Positions 45,985 through 56,340 of a stretch of 64,000 nt of DNA are shown piece by piece (the first letter of the stretch is position 1; each line of letters opens with the position of its first letter). The position numbers were made by a program, and so were the translations under genes. The notes below the pieces were generated by a model. The model did not search any database and had not been told where the DNA came from. It saw nothing but the letters and a program-made list of their open reading frames with translations. The stretch is from a virus (taxonomy: Duplodnaviria; Caudoviricetes): IMG/VR virus record IMGVR_UViG_3300033463_000080, positions 15,253 to 79,252 of that record; one strand, written 5' to 3'.

Positions 45985-47843
45985 GTATCGAAACAAATAA
46001 ACTGGTAAACCTTGGGGATGCGCAGGTATTGTACAATGATCTGCGTGGACGGGTAGACGGCAAGGCGAACGCTATTGCCGTTGCAGATAATACTTCCGAA
46101 GCGGTCAAGACGATCACGGATGGGTCAGACGGTATGCCGATGGAAGTGAGCGTAGGGATCGAACCCGTGCAGGATCTGCACGGGTATGAGTATCCGTGGC
46201 CTGCGGGGGGTGGGAAGAACCTGTTTGGCAATGGTGATCAGACTATAACTACTGCAAAATACCAAAGGTGCGATTTAGTAAAACCGTTGCCTGTTGGAGA
46301 CTATGTTGTCTCTGCCGTTGTTGTAAGCGATGATATAGATGCTTCAACTTGCAGAATTGGATTCTATAACAGTAATGAAGAAGTAGCGGGAACAGCAATA
46401 CTGTTAAACAGGAATGTACGTTCTTCTGCAACGGTTACATTGGAATCCGAGTGTACTTTTATATACTTATATACATCGGACACTGCTGTGCATGGCGCAG
46501 GAGACAGCGCAACATACACGGACATCCAGATCGAATCCGGTTCTACTGCCACTACCTATGCCCCCTACTCCAACATCTGCCCGATCAGCGGATGGGATCA
46601 GGCGAAGGTGACGAGGACGGGGAAGAATCTGTATGATGGAATTATAATTAGTGGATATATCTCTGATGATGGGACAGAAGGAATAGACAATGCGAATATG
46701 CACTCTAATCCAATCAAAGTTAATCCCGGCGATAATTATGTCTATTCTCTTACATCAAATACTTCACAGTCCGTAAACAGACGGATTCACGCTTATGACA
46801 AGAACGGGAATTGGTTGCAAATGATTAGCAAAAACGTAACAAGCGGTACCGGACACAAGGAGTTCCCGTTTACTGTTCCTAATAATGCACAATATGTAAA
46901 GGTGCAATTTAGGGGTGGAAGTATAGCTGATACAAATATTCAGATTGAATCTGGTGCATCTTTTACATCATATGAAGAACCATTTGCCACCACCTACTCT
47001 ATCACCTTCCCGACACCTCCCGGCACAGTATACGGCGGTACGCTGACGGTGTATAAGGACGGGACGGGGAAACTGGTGGTGGCCCATGTTGATGCCGATT
47101 TGGGGATGCTTTCTGGAACGTGGTCAACAGATGGACTTCCGTTATCATCGAATGATGGCATTAGCACGGTTGTTAAAAAGCCTACAAATGCAACAAAAAT
47201 AGACGCTATATGTTCACAGTATTCTGTTTTCTCCCGAAATGGCATTGATTCTGAAAACATCGGTATCTGTGTAAACTATACAGGGAAAGTTATTGTAAAA
47301 GATTCTGCGCTTGTTGGGAAAACGGCACAAGAGATTGCAACATATCTTACAGGAGCGCATTTTGTCTATCCGCTTGATACCCCCGTAGAGTACACCCTCA
47401 CCGCACAGCAGATCACATCCCTGTTGGGGACGAACAACATCTGGGCAGACACGGGTAACGTACTCAGCCTGTCCTATGACAAACCTAATACCTCAGGCAT
47501 GGCATCGTCCCTGTCCTATGGTAACCGCATCCTCCCTGTGGACGGGAAAGGGAATATCATTGTTGACGAAATCGCAGTAATCACCGAAACCGTCAGCGGT
47601 ACTACCCCGACCATCACAGGCGTAGCAAACCATCGGTACATCTGCGGTGAGTGCAGTACGCTGAGTATCACTCCCCCGTCCTCTGGCGTGATTGATGTCA
47701 TCTTTGAGTCCGGTTCTACCGCTACGGTGCTGACACTCCCGAACACGGTTAAAATGCCCGAATGGTTTGAGGTGGAAGCAGACAAGACATACGAGATCAA
47801 CATCATGGACGGGGTATACGGGAGCGTGATGGCATGGGCATGA
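45981..47843 (+). CDS. Putative receptor-binding protein with carbohydrate-binding-like modules
   Basis: GKNL-initiated modules ending IQIE.G..AT.Y..Y; mosaic GC content. Confidence 0.65.
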   Translation: MSIETNKLVNLGDAQVLYNDLRGRVDGKANAIAVADNTSEAVKTITDGSDGMPMEVSVGIEPVQDLHGYEYPWPAGGGKNLFGNGDQTITTAKYQRCDLVKPLPVGDYVVSAVVVSDDIDASTCRIGFYNSNEEVAGTAILLNRNVRSSATVTLESECTFIYLYTSDTAVHGAGDSATYTDIQIESGSTATTYAPYSNICPISGWDQAKVTRTGKNLYDGIIISGYISDDGTEGIDNANMHSNPIKVNPGDNYVYSLTSNTSQSVNRRIHAYDKNGNWLQMISKNVTSGTGHKEFPFTVPNNAQYVKVQFRGGSIADTNIQIESGASFTSYEEPFATTYSITFPTPPGTVYGGTLTVYKDGTGKLVVAHVDADLGMLSGTWSTDGLPLSSNDGISTVVKKPTNATKIDAICSQYSVFSRNGIDSENIGICVNYTGKVIVKDSALVGKTAQEIATYLTGAHFVYPLDTPVEYTLTAQQITSLLGTNNIWADTGNVLSLSYDKPNTSGMASSLSYGNRILPVDGKGNIIVDEIAVITETVSGTTPTITGVANHRYICGECSTLSITPPSSGVIDVIFESGSTATVLTLPNTVKMPEWFEVEADKTYEINIMDGVYGSVMAWA

Positions 47844-49312
47844 TGAATATCCGCAGACGGATCATTCTGAGTAATCCGCACATCGAAACGGCAAGCGGTG
47901 ATGTGGCGAGTTTCAGCACGGGACTTACTCTGCCTGTTAAGCAGTTGGTTGTGGGGATTGAGCCTGTGCAGAGTGGCGAAGGTGATCCGTACCCGCCGGG
48001 GGGTGGGAAAAACAAATACAACCTTCCAGAAACAATGTCCGGTGATTATTCTGTGTCCGATGGAGTAGTAACAATTAGTAAAGCATATGCAACAAGTGGC
48101 GTAACGATTGATAATTTTAATATGTCTGGGTTTAATGGGCAGACAGTAACAATATCAGCAGATGTTATGATCACACAAGACGGGGAAGATACCGGTCGGT
48201 ACGTTCGTATTGGAATGAGAGGAACAACAGGAAGTGGTGGATATACGAGTAACAACGTTCGTCCGAGTTCTTTTAATTCATATCAGCGGTTGAGTTCCAC
48301 GATAACGATTGACAGCGACTCCGCATATCTTGCAATTCAACCAAACAGCGTGGATCATACAGTGTATTTTAAGAATGTACAGATTGAACTTGGTTCATCT
48401 GCAACATCCTATGCTCCCTACTCCAACATCCGTCCCATCAGCGGTTGGACGGGGTGCAATGTTGTAAGGACGGGGAAGAATCTGTTAGACAGAAGCACGG
48501 AAGAAATGTACGCCATAAAAGCAGATGGGACGTTTGGAACAAACGAATTATTTCGTCACTCACAATTAATTCCTGTTAAGGTTGGCGAAAAATATACTAT
48601 TTCGCTGAATGCTGTTGTGGCAGATCAATGGCATCGTATTATTCAGTACGATCAAAGCGGGAATTATATTGATCAGCTATTTGGGTTTCTACCTTCTTCC
48701 GGAAGTTATAATGCGACAGTTACAATCCCGCTTGGTACAAGTTATATCAAACTGTCATATCATCTGTTTGATGAAAACATCCAGTTTGAGCATGGTGAAA
48801 CCGCTACGGCATACAAGACCTTTGTCGGAAGCACTACCTATTCCATCACCTTCTCCGTATCCGCAGGCACCGTCTACGGCGGTACGCTGACCATTGACAA
48901 GGATGGGAGCGGAGAGTTGATAGTAAATTCGGCATACGTTGATCTTGGCGATTTACAATGGGATTATGTAACATCTGGTACAACTTATCCGTATTTTGAT
49001 TCTATTATTGTAAATGCAAAAGGGAACGCAGAAGGAGTGTGTTCGATCTATAAGCGAGATACAGTATCAGCATCTAATAGTACCGATAAAGCATGGTGGG
49101 TACTATTAGATGCTTCTCGTATCAGAATAAGAGATAATTCGTATTCTGATGCAAACACATTTTCTGCATTTGTTTCCGGTCAAAAATTGGTATATGAAGT
49201 CAAAACAACACGCAGATACTCTCTCACCGCATCCCAGATCAGGACGCTGATGGGGCAAAATAACATCTTCGCTGATACGGGGAGCGTTAGCTGTTCGTTC
49301 TGGAAGCAGTAA
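47834..49312 (+). CDS. Paralogous receptor-binding-like protein
   Basis: Same linker blocks as the upstream gene with different internal modules. Confidence 0.65.
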   Translation: MGMMNIRRRIILSNPHIETASGDVASFSTGLTLPVKQLVVGIEPVQSGEGDPYPPGGGKNKYNLPETMSGDYSVSDGVVTISKAYATSGVTIDNFNMSGFNGQTVTISADVMITQDGEDTGRYVRIGMRGTTGSGGYTSNNVRPSSFNSYQRLSSTITIDSDSAYLAIQPNSVDHTVYFKNVQIELGSSATSYAPYSNIRPISGWTGCNVVRTGKNLLDRSTEEMYAIKADGTFGTNELFRHSQLIPVKVGEKYTISLNAVVADQWHRIIQYDQSGNYIDQLFGFLPSSGSYNATVTIPLGTSYIKLSYHLFDENIQFEHGETATAYKTFVGSTTYSITFSVSAGTVYGGTLTIDKDGSGELIVNSAYVDLGDLQWDYVTSGTTYPYFDSIIVNAKGNAEGVCSIYKRDTVSASNSTDKAWWVLLDASRIRIRDNSYSDANTFSAFVSGQKLVYEVKTTRRYSLTASQIRTLMGQNNIFADTGSVSCSFWKQ

Positions 49313-49633
49313 GGGAAGGAAACGATGCAAAAGTGAGGTGATGTCATGAAGGGTTATGGAAATCCAGAATATCCTTTACAGTAGCATCGCCCCGTTTGGG
49401 GCGCTAATGGAAAACTTGTATAACTCTGTGTGGAAGCTGAGGTAAAAGAGTTTTTAATTGTTTGAAAGGAATCATGGGGGGTGTGGGTGTTGTGAGAACA
49501 ATTCTTGAATGGTTAAATGAGCCAGTATCCGAAAAAGTATCTTATTTTGTGTTTTGTTTACTGCTTTTGACACCGTTATGGGCTTTTATTGGAATAGCAA
49601 TAGCTTATTAAAAGAATCGTTGCGGAGGTTTTC

Positions 49634-49808
49634 ATGGGTGACATCAAAATCAGTGCAAAAAACTACTTGAATTATTCGCAGAAAAAGACTACCCAATCCG
49701 CTATCAAGACGGAAGTTATGGTAGAGGATTAGGATACGGTGATTTTGAAAAACTTGTCAAAAAGTTGGCAAGCGAAGAAAAGAAAGAGCATAAAAGGAAT
49801 CTTTGATA
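49634..49808 (+). pseudogene. Small ORF apparently frameshifted at an A6 run
   Basis: GGAGG RBS plus ATG; the -1 frame after GCAAAAAAC reads LLELFAEKDYPIRY...KRNL. Confidence 0.3.
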
Positions 49809-50012
49809 TGGATTGGGGTGACTAATTTGGACACTTGGAAATTGTTTGAAGATTATTGGATGCCTTTTTTCCGGAAAAGGAAAGGGCATAGAAAAGCAAG
49901 ATGGAAAAGGTGCTGTTATCGTTCTCTGAAAAGATTTGGTGAACTGTGATAAAGGAATCACTACACGGGTAACGGGCATATACCCGACTTTATAAACGAA
50001 AGGATGATTATC

Positions 50013-50264
50013 ATGACTTGGTACGCTCAACGGAAATCCATCAAAAACGGTTCCACCACCTTTAACAACCGCACAGGCGAACGGGATGCCATGCTTCGCC
50101 AATACTTCCTCTACTGTGCTTCTTCTGCCACTAATGAGCAGGAAAACGAGTTTGACTATGTTGACTTCGGCACGGTCGAACAGGGAGCAATTAAGCATGA
50201 ATCGTTCACTCATCCGGTTCCCGAACCGCCCGTGAATGAACCGGAAGAACCGGAAGCTGAGTAA
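50013..50264 (+). CDS. Hypothetical protein
   Basis: AAAGGA RBS; acidic Pro-rich tail. Confidence 0.6.
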   Translation: MTWYAQRKSIKNGSTTFNNRTGERDAMLRQYFLYCASSATNEQENEFDYVDFGTVEQGAIKHESFTHPVPEPPVNEPEEPEAE

Positions 50265-50283
50265 TCTGTCAGGGGGTGATGCT

Positions 50284-50487
50284 GTGGATAACCGTTGCGT
50301 ATGCTGTGGCAGGATCATCCCCGAAGGAAGAATGGTCTGCCCGATTTGCGAAACGAAACCAGTAAAGGAAGAAAGCAGATGCTTGACATCGTTGTTACCC
50401 ACTACAAAGAACCATGGGAAACGGGACGGAAATTCTTCGATATGCTCGGATGCCAGCGGGGAATCAACTTCGCTGACATCCGGGTAA
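50284..50487 (+). CDS. Small zinc-finger protein
   Basis: CVCCGRIIPEGRMVCPIC. Confidence 0.55.
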   Translation: MDNRCVCCGRIIPEGRMVCPICETKPVKEESRCLTSLLPTTKNHGKRDGNSSICSDASGESTSLTSG

Positions 50488-51332
50488 TCCTGGTTCACGA
50501 CGGGACGATGCCGTTTGAGCATGAAGTGTTCAGCCGGTATCCATACAATGTGACCCAGTACGCCATCCCGCACGGCGGCGTATCGGCCGCCAGGAACTGC
50601 GGACTCGCACACGCCACGGACACATGGATCCAGTTTTGCGACTTTGACGACATGTACACTCATGCCTACGCGCTGAAACAGATCCTCAGCGTGATGGACA
50701 AAGACGTGGACTACATGTGGACGCCATTCCACGCGGAATACATGCTTGACGGCAAACTATGCGTGAAGGACATGGACACGGAGAACGCCGTCTTTATCCA
50801 CGGCAAGTACTTCCGGCGGCAATGGCTGCTCGACAACCGCATCACCTTCCCGGTCGGTATCTCCTACAGCGAGGACAGCGCATTCTGCACCATCGTGAAC
50901 GAACTGGCAAAGCCGGACCGGCGAGGAAAGATTACAACCAAGTCGCCCGTGTACACATGGGTTTACCGGCCGGACAGCGTGAGTTCTGATCCGGAGAATA
51001 TGCAGCGGAACCTGTGCGGGTTCATCGAGCGGAACTTCTATGTCGTGGAAGAATTCAGGCGGAGAGGAATCCCCAACCGGCTGATGATCGGACGGATGTT
51101 CATGGACGCATACCACGCGTTTCATCAGGAGCGGAGGTTCCCGGAAGAGGAACAGGCTTTCGCACGGCGCGCAGGGAAGTATGCCCGGGAACTGGACGAA
51201 ATCGGCACACAGGACATGTGCAAGATATTCAACGCCGCCGGAAAGATATTCCGCAACAAAAACATGGACTACTGCGAGACGGTCGGGGAGTGGATTGCGC
51301 GGATCACCGGAAGGGAAGCTATTGCAATTTAA
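50379..51332 (+). CDS. GT2-family glycosyltransferase
   Basis: ILVHDG, HGGVSAARNCGL, QFCDFDD (DxD), YSEDSAF. Confidence 0.88.
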   Translation: MLDIVVTHYKEPWETGRKFFDMLGCQRGINFADIRVILVHDGTMPFEHEVFSRYPYNVTQYAIPHGGVSAARNCGLAHATDTWIQFCDFDDMYTHAYALKQILSVMDKDVDYMWTPFHAEYMLDGKLCVKDMDTENAVFIHGKYFRRQWLLDNRITFPVGISYSEDSAFCTIVNELAKPDRRGKITTKSPVYTWVYRPDSVSSDPENMQRNLCGFIERNFYVVEEFRRRGIPNRLMIGRMFMDAYHAFHQERRFPEEEQAFARRAGKYARELDEIGTQDMCKIFNAAGKIFRNKNMDYCETVGEWIARITGREAIAI

Positions 51333-51430
51333 ACTTCCATCGTGTACAATGAAAGCGAACAGAAGACGTAAGGCACCGAATGGTGAGTGAAAATCATCAT
51401 TTGGTGTCTTTTCTTATGGAGGTGAACGCG

Positions 51431-52249
51431 ATGATCAAGCCGGAAGCATTGATCGAAAAATTCCAATTCGCACTGGATAACAACTGGGGATACATCCTCA
51501 ATACTGCCGGAGTCATGTGGACGCAGTCCAAACAGGACGCGACGACCAACGAAATGGCCAAGAAGTACGGCAAGAAGTGGATCGGCCATATGGTTGCCGA
51601 CTGTTCCGGCCTGTTCGCATGGGCATTCAGGGAACTTGGATCCTATATGTATCACGGATCCAACACGATGTACCGCAGCTACACGACCGCGCGCGGCGAA
51701 CTGAAGAAGGGCCAGCGGACAGACGGCGGGGAACTGAAACCCGGGACGGCTGTGTTTACGTGGAAGGAAGAAGACCAGAAGTACGGTCATGTGGGCCTGT
51801 ACATCGGCGGCGGCATCGTGATTGAAGCATACGGCACGATCAAGGGCGTGATCACCAGCAAGGTGACCGAGAGCCGCTGGACCAACTGGGGATGGCTGCG
51901 CGACGTGGAAGGAGGGGAAGCGCCGATTGGACGACCGACGCTCCGTAAGGGCGACAAGGGAACCGACGTTAAAGACATGCAGGAACTTCTCCTGCTGCAC
52001 GGGTACAGCCTGGGCAAGTACGGCGCGGACGGAGCATTCGGATCCGCAACCCTGGCGGCTGTGAAGGCTTTCCAGAAGGAGAACGGACTGACCGTTGACG
52101 GCGTGTGCGGACCGAACACATGGGATGCGCTCCTGGGCGGCGACACATCGCTGTACACCGTAACCATCGAACACCTGCCGAAGGGGCAGATGGAACTGCT
52201 GAAATCCCAGTTCCCTGACGCGGTTATCGCGAAGGAAAACGAGGAGTGA
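51431..52249 (+). CDS. Endolysin: NlpC/P60 catalytic domain plus peptidoglycan-binding domain
   Basis: ADCSGL, GHVGLYIG; LRKGDKG..VKDMQ..L..DGAFG..T..AVKAFQ..GLTVDGVCG. Confidence 0.9.
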   Translation: MIKPEALIEKFQFALDNNWGYILNTAGVMWTQSKQDATTNEMAKKYGKKWIGHMVADCSGLFAWAFRELGSYMYHGSNTMYRSYTTARGELKKGQRTDGGELKPGTAVFTWKEEDQKYGHVGLYIGGGIVIEAYGTIKGVITSKVTESRWTNWGWLRDVEGGEAPIGRPTLRKGDKGTDVKDMQELLLLHGYSLGKYGADGAFGSATLAAVKAFQKENGLTVDGVCGPNTWDALLGGDTSLYTVTIEHLPKGQMELLKSQFPDAVIAKENEE

Positions 52250-52731
52250 TGGCAATGGAAGCGCAGGTGCAGAAAATCGAAGGCATCACGCCCTCCATGC
52301 TGTGGACATTCCTGGTGGTGCTGGTGGGCCTGATGGCAATCGTTGTCCTGGGGGACAAGGTGGCGGACGTGTTCCGCAAAGCGAGGAAACGGAAACAGGA
52401 CAATGCGGAACTGGAAGGGGAAGACATCACCGACCGGATTGCGGACAAGGTGATGGAACAACTGACCACAAAACTGGACGAGAAGTTCGCCGAAATTGAC
52501 CGGAAACTGGCGGCGGACAAGGAAACAATCGACTTGCACACAACCCAGCTGAACGCACAGAAGGGCAGAGTGGACCGGCTGGACGATGACAACAAGGCGT
52601 TGCTTCACGGCATGTCCGCCCTGCTGAGTCACGAGATCAACGGCAACAGTACAGACAAACTCAAAAAGACACAGGTTGCGCTGAACAACTACCTGATCGA
52701 CGGAGTGTATAAGGAGGACGATTGGAAATGA
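52246..52731 (+). CDS. Single-TM coiled-coil membrane protein (lysis-associated)
   Basis: One hydrophobic helix followed by coiled coil; ALLSHEINGN. Confidence 0.6.
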   Translation: MMAMEAQVQKIEGITPSMLWTFLVVLVGLMAIVVLGDKVADVFRKARKRKQDNAELEGEDITDRIADKVMEQLTTKLDEKFAEIDRKLAADKETIDLHTTQLNAQKGRVDRLDDDNKALLHGMSALLSHEINGNSTDKLKKTQVALNNYLIDGVYKEDDWK

Positions 52732-52919
52732 TTCGTGTCCTGAATTCCTATGATGTCATTATTGATGAAGTAAAATACTACGAGTATGCGGGACTAAGTA
52801 CTGACACAAAACCGACAAGCAATGGGATTGCTACCGGCAGCGTATTTACAGAAGTGAATACCGGCGATGTGTATCTGTACGACGAAGCAAATCAGACCTG
52901 GCAAAAAGTAGGTGATTAA
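52728..52919 (+). CDS. Small conserved phage protein
   Basis: YAGLSTDTKPT..ATGSVFTEVNTGDVYLYDE. Confidence 0.65.
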   Translation: MIRVLNSYDVIIDEVKYYEYAGLSTDTKPTSNGIATGSVFTEVNTGDVYLYDEANQTWQKVGD

Positions 52920-52920
52920 C

Positions 52921-54942
52921 ATGGCCGACACAGGGAAAATTATTGCCATTGTCAAGGCACTCGGAGTGGACAATGAAAGACTTGTTCACGAGGAGGCGAC
53001 CGAATGGCTGGACGAGCATATCACGAATCCGGACAGTCCGCCGCTGGACCGTTCGCTTTCGTCGTCTTCCAGCGCTGCGCCGGCGGACATGGTTGGCAGT
53101 ATAAAGAGCGCTTTGAACACGAGTGATACATTTGTTGCAAACAGATGGTATACAGGAAATACGATTGGAAGTGCTATTACAGAAACAACCACAGGAAGCA
53201 CTCAATCGTTAAGGAAAAATGTAACAGAAGGAGAAATCTATCGTATAACTTGCGAGGGTGGATCAAACGGAAGGGCATATTATCTGCTTGATAAATCAAT
53301 GAATATTGTGTCAATGGCAGATGCAAATGCAAACCTTAAAGATTATGAAATCATAATTCCGTCTGGTGTTGTTGTGATGGTTGTGCAAACGAATACGGTT
53401 TCCAAATGGACGGTAAAACTTATCGAGTCTGAAACGATAAGAAACATCGTAAATGGATTCGGTTGTAACGGAATAATATGGGAAAGCGGAGGATTTGATG
53501 CATACGGCAGAGAAAGTGCAAATAGCAAAAGAATAAGGTCAAAGACAATTTTAGTCCCGGACGGAGAAATGATTCTTGTTAAAACTGAACAGGGATATGC
53601 TTGGAATGTTGTTTGCTATGATAAATCAATGCAATATATAGATATGTTGTCAAGCTATATAAGCAACGATGTATATTGTTTACAATTATTTCAAGGGACA
53701 GTATATTTCCGTGTTCTTGTAAAGCGGACAGATGATGGAAACATTTCTGCTGCTGAAGGTTCAAATATAACTATATTTGCAAGAGGGTTAGATATTGACT
53801 CTGCAAAGCGGTCTTATGAGTTAAACATGACCGAAAAAACAGATTGGATTTCCGGAAGATTAAGTGATACAGGGAAATATTCAAGCAACAGCAAGCGGAT
53901 CATGTCACCATACTACTTTACAATGATAACAGACAGAGTGAAGTATGCCTGTGACGATGGATATGCTATCAATTATGCTGTTTATGACGAAATAAATACG
54001 GATGGAGATCTGAACGGGTCATGGTTGACCGGTGCTGGTACTATTGCTCCGAACCATAAATATATTCGGTTCATGATAAAGAAAACAGATGAGTCAGATA
54101 TAACAACGTCAGCAGCAGATCATGTTAGCATTGGGTTCATTGATTCAGAAATGATAAATGTAGGGGGAAACGATTTTTACGGAAAGAGAATCAGTTTCCT
54201 TGGAGATAGTATAACAACATTTGCTGGGGACAACCCGGAAACAGCACCTGACGGACATAAAATAGCAGACGGAACATATACCTATCTTGGAAATCATTGC
54301 CGTTATCCGCAGAACAATCTATTGACTAACGTAAATAATTGTTATTGGAAAATATTGATTGATTCTCTTGATATGGTTCTTGGTGTAAATGAATCATGGG
54401 CAGGAAGTAAAGTATCATATGGTGGGCAATATGTTGACGCTGATGATAATGCAGATGTTTGCATTTCAAGCCAAACAAGGATCAATCACTTGGGCGATAA
54501 CGGAACACCGGATGTTATTTTAGTAAATGCAGGAACAAACGATATTATTCAGAGTGCGACAGTTGGAACATTCAACACGGATAGTCCTGCCAGCTATACA
54601 GACGAACAGATTGCGGCATTGTCTGTTGCGACTTTTGCGGATGCATACAGAGCAATGCTGATTAGATTGCTGAAAACATATCCGGGTGCAGAAATCGTAT
54701 GTATGCTTCCGAACTTTACATCTGCATCATACTATTCGCCAAAGAAAGCAGATACATATTTAGAAATCATCAAAGAAGCGTGTGATTACTTTGGTGTAAA
54801 ATGGATTGATGCAAGAGCATTTGGTGTCAGTATTTATAATCTGTCTACTTATCTTGGTGACGGTGTGCATCCAAACGCTGCCGGAATGTCAAAATACGCA
54901 AATGATCTGATCAAGAAGTTCAGGTATGATGTTGCGCTGTAA
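52921..54942 (+). CDS. SGNH/GDSL hydrolase-domain protein (esterase-like)
   Basis: FLGDSIT (block I), GTND (block III), DGVHPN (block V). Confidence 0.85.
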   Translation: MADTGKIIAIVKALGVDNERLVHEEATEWLDEHITNPDSPPLDRSLSSSSSAAPADMVGSIKSALNTSDTFVANRWYTGNTIGSAITETTTGSTQSLRKNVTEGEIYRITCEGGSNGRAYYLLDKSMNIVSMADANANLKDYEIIIPSGVVVMVVQTNTVSKWTVKLIESETIRNIVNGFGCNGIIWESGGFDAYGRESANSKRIRSKTILVPDGEMILVKTEQGYAWNVVCYDKSMQYIDMLSSYISNDVYCLQLFQGTVYFRVLVKRTDDGNISAAEGSNITIFARGLDIDSAKRSYELNMTEKTDWISGRLSDTGKYSSNSKRIMSPYYFTMITDRVKYACDDGYAINYAVYDEINTDGDLNGSWLTGAGTIAPNHKYIRFMIKKTDESDITTSAADHVSIGFIDSEMINVGGNDFYGKRISFLGDSITTFAGDNPETAPDGHKIADGTYTYLGNHCRYPQNNLLTNVNNCYWKILIDSLDMVLGVNESWAGSKVSYGGQYVDADDNADVCISSQTRINHLGDNGTPDVILVNAGTNDIIQSATVGTFNTDSPASYTDEQIAALSVATFADAYRAMLIRLLKTYPGAEIVCMLPNFTSASYYSPKKADTYLEIIKEACDYFGVKWIDARAFGVSIYNLSTYLGDGVHPNAAGMSKYANDLIKKFRYDVAL

Positions 54943-54966
54943 AGTGACCGTTGGAGGACAGAAAAA

Positions 54967-55092
54967 TGTACGCTGTTGTAGCAGAATGGAACGGGACAAC
55001 CGCATGGTGGGGAGCATATCAAGACAAGGAAACTGCTGAAAAGGTTGCTGAACGGGTAAACGGGAAAGTGGTTATCTGGAATCAAATGTGAC
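54967..55092 (+). CDS. 41-aa hypothetical protein
   Basis: GGAGG RBS; MYAVVAEWNG... Confidence 0.45.
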
Positions 55093-55168
55093 CAATTACA
55101 CAATAAAGGAATCTTTACACCCTGAAAAATTTGAGCAAAAAATCGGCGGGCATCGCGCCCGCCTTTTC

Positions 55169-56269
55169 CTATTCCGTGTACATCCTGTACGACAGTTTGA
55201 TCCGGTTCTTGTCCGCATGGAAGTACTTTATGACCGTATCAATCTTGCTATGCCCGGCCACAACGGCCACCTCCTGAATCGGCATTCCGTGGCGCAACAG
55301 GCGCGTAATCATTGTCCGCCTGAATCTGTGCGGATGAACATTTGTCACGCCAGCCCTCTTCGCCAATTGCTTCAGCATGGTTCGGATATCGTCTGCCTGG
55401 AGCCGGTTCCGGAACTTGCTGACAAACAATGCTTCGCAATCGTCGCAACGCATGGCAAAGTATTCTTTCAGCGTAACCGTCGCAATCTCATCCAGAAACA
55501 CGGTCCGCTCTTTGTTGCCCTTGCCAAGCACAATGCATTCGCCCAGTTCCAGGTTCACATCCTTCCGGTTCAGCGCCACTACTTCGCTGACCCGGCAGCC
55601 GGTTGCCAGCATGAACGAGATAAGCGCGTTGTCCCGGAGCGATCCGCAACTGCGTTTCAGCGATTCGATTTCCGAACCTGAGAACGCTTTCCGCTCTTTC
55701 TTCTGATACCGGATCGGTTCGATCTCCAGAAACGGATTGGATCGGATATGCTTCCGATTCAACAGCCAGGTGAAGTAGGCATTGAGCGTTTGCCTGATAC
55801 CTTCCATTGTGCTTTCGCTGACTCCGCGCGCAATCTCCCTTCCGAAGTACGATTTCACATGATCGGCCGTCACTTCCTTCGTATGTACGCCGGCGCTTTT
55901 CAGGAACCGCTCGATAATATACTGATACCGGAACAACGTTTTCTCGGATCTCCCGGCAGCGCGCTTGCCTTCGATGAAGATCCGGATCAGGTCGTCGGTT
56001 CCGGAATCGCCCTCGGATGCAATGTGCGTGATATCGAAATCGTCCATGCTGTCCTGGATCTGCTCCGTCGCTTCCTCCAGCAGGTTCGCAAACATCCTCG
56101 GTTTCAGCGTTTCCTCGATCCTGTGCATCAATAATACCTTGTCCTGTACCGAAATAAAAACCAACTCCTTTTTTATTAAATTACCACGATACGTATTAAA
56201 AATATAGCACAGGAAAATAATTCTTGTAAAGCCGCGAGATATTGTAGTATAATCCAGATGGAAATACAT
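55169..56269 (-). CDS. XerC/D-like tyrosine recombinase (true start likely near 56150)
   Basis: ATGCRVSE, GKGNKER, HPHRFRRT, GHSKIDTVIKY catalytic residues. Confidence 0.92.
   Translation of the reverse strand: MYFHLDYTTISRGFTRIIFLCYIFNTYRGNLIKKELVFISVQDKVLLMHRIEETLKPRMFANLLEEATEQIQDSMDDFDITHIASEGDSGTDDLIRIFIEGKRAAGRSEKTLFRYQYIIERFLKSAGVHTKEVTADHVKSYFGREIARGVSESTMEGIRQTLNAYFTWLLNRKHIRSNPFLEIEPIRYQKKERKAFSGSEIESLKRSCGSLRDNALISFMLATGCRVSEVVALNRKDVNLELGECIVLGKGNKERTVFLDEIATVTLKEYFAMRCDDCEALFVSKFRNRLQADDIRTMLKQLAKRAGVTNVHPHRFRRTMITRLLRHGMPIQEVAVVAGHSKIDTVIKYFHADKNRIKLSYRMYTE
56224..56253 (+). promoter_or_regulatory. Promoter upstream of holin
   Basis: TTGTAA-18 bp-TATAAT. Confidence 0.6.
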
Positions 56270-56275
56270 AGATGT

Positions 56276-56316
56276 AGACGCTGAATGGCGGGAACGTTAT
56301 TCGGCGTCTGTTTTTA
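56276..56316 (+). terminator. Terminator-like leader hairpin (copy 2, homologous to 22494..22535)
   Basis: AGACGCTGAATGGCG-GGAA-CGTTATTCGGCGTCT-GTTTTTT. Confidence 0.65.
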
Positions 56317-56340
56317 TTTGAGAAAGGAAGGTGCAAACAT

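Noticed and set aside
39618-49312. Diversity-generating retroelement acting on tail fibre genes
   Set aside because: No reverse transcriptase ORF and no template/variable repeat pair differing only at adenines was seen
43546-56269. Shufflon-type invertible fibre cassettes driven by the second recombinase
   Set aside because: All fibre-like ORFs are on the plus strand; I found no inverted C-terminal cassettes or flanking inverted crossover sites
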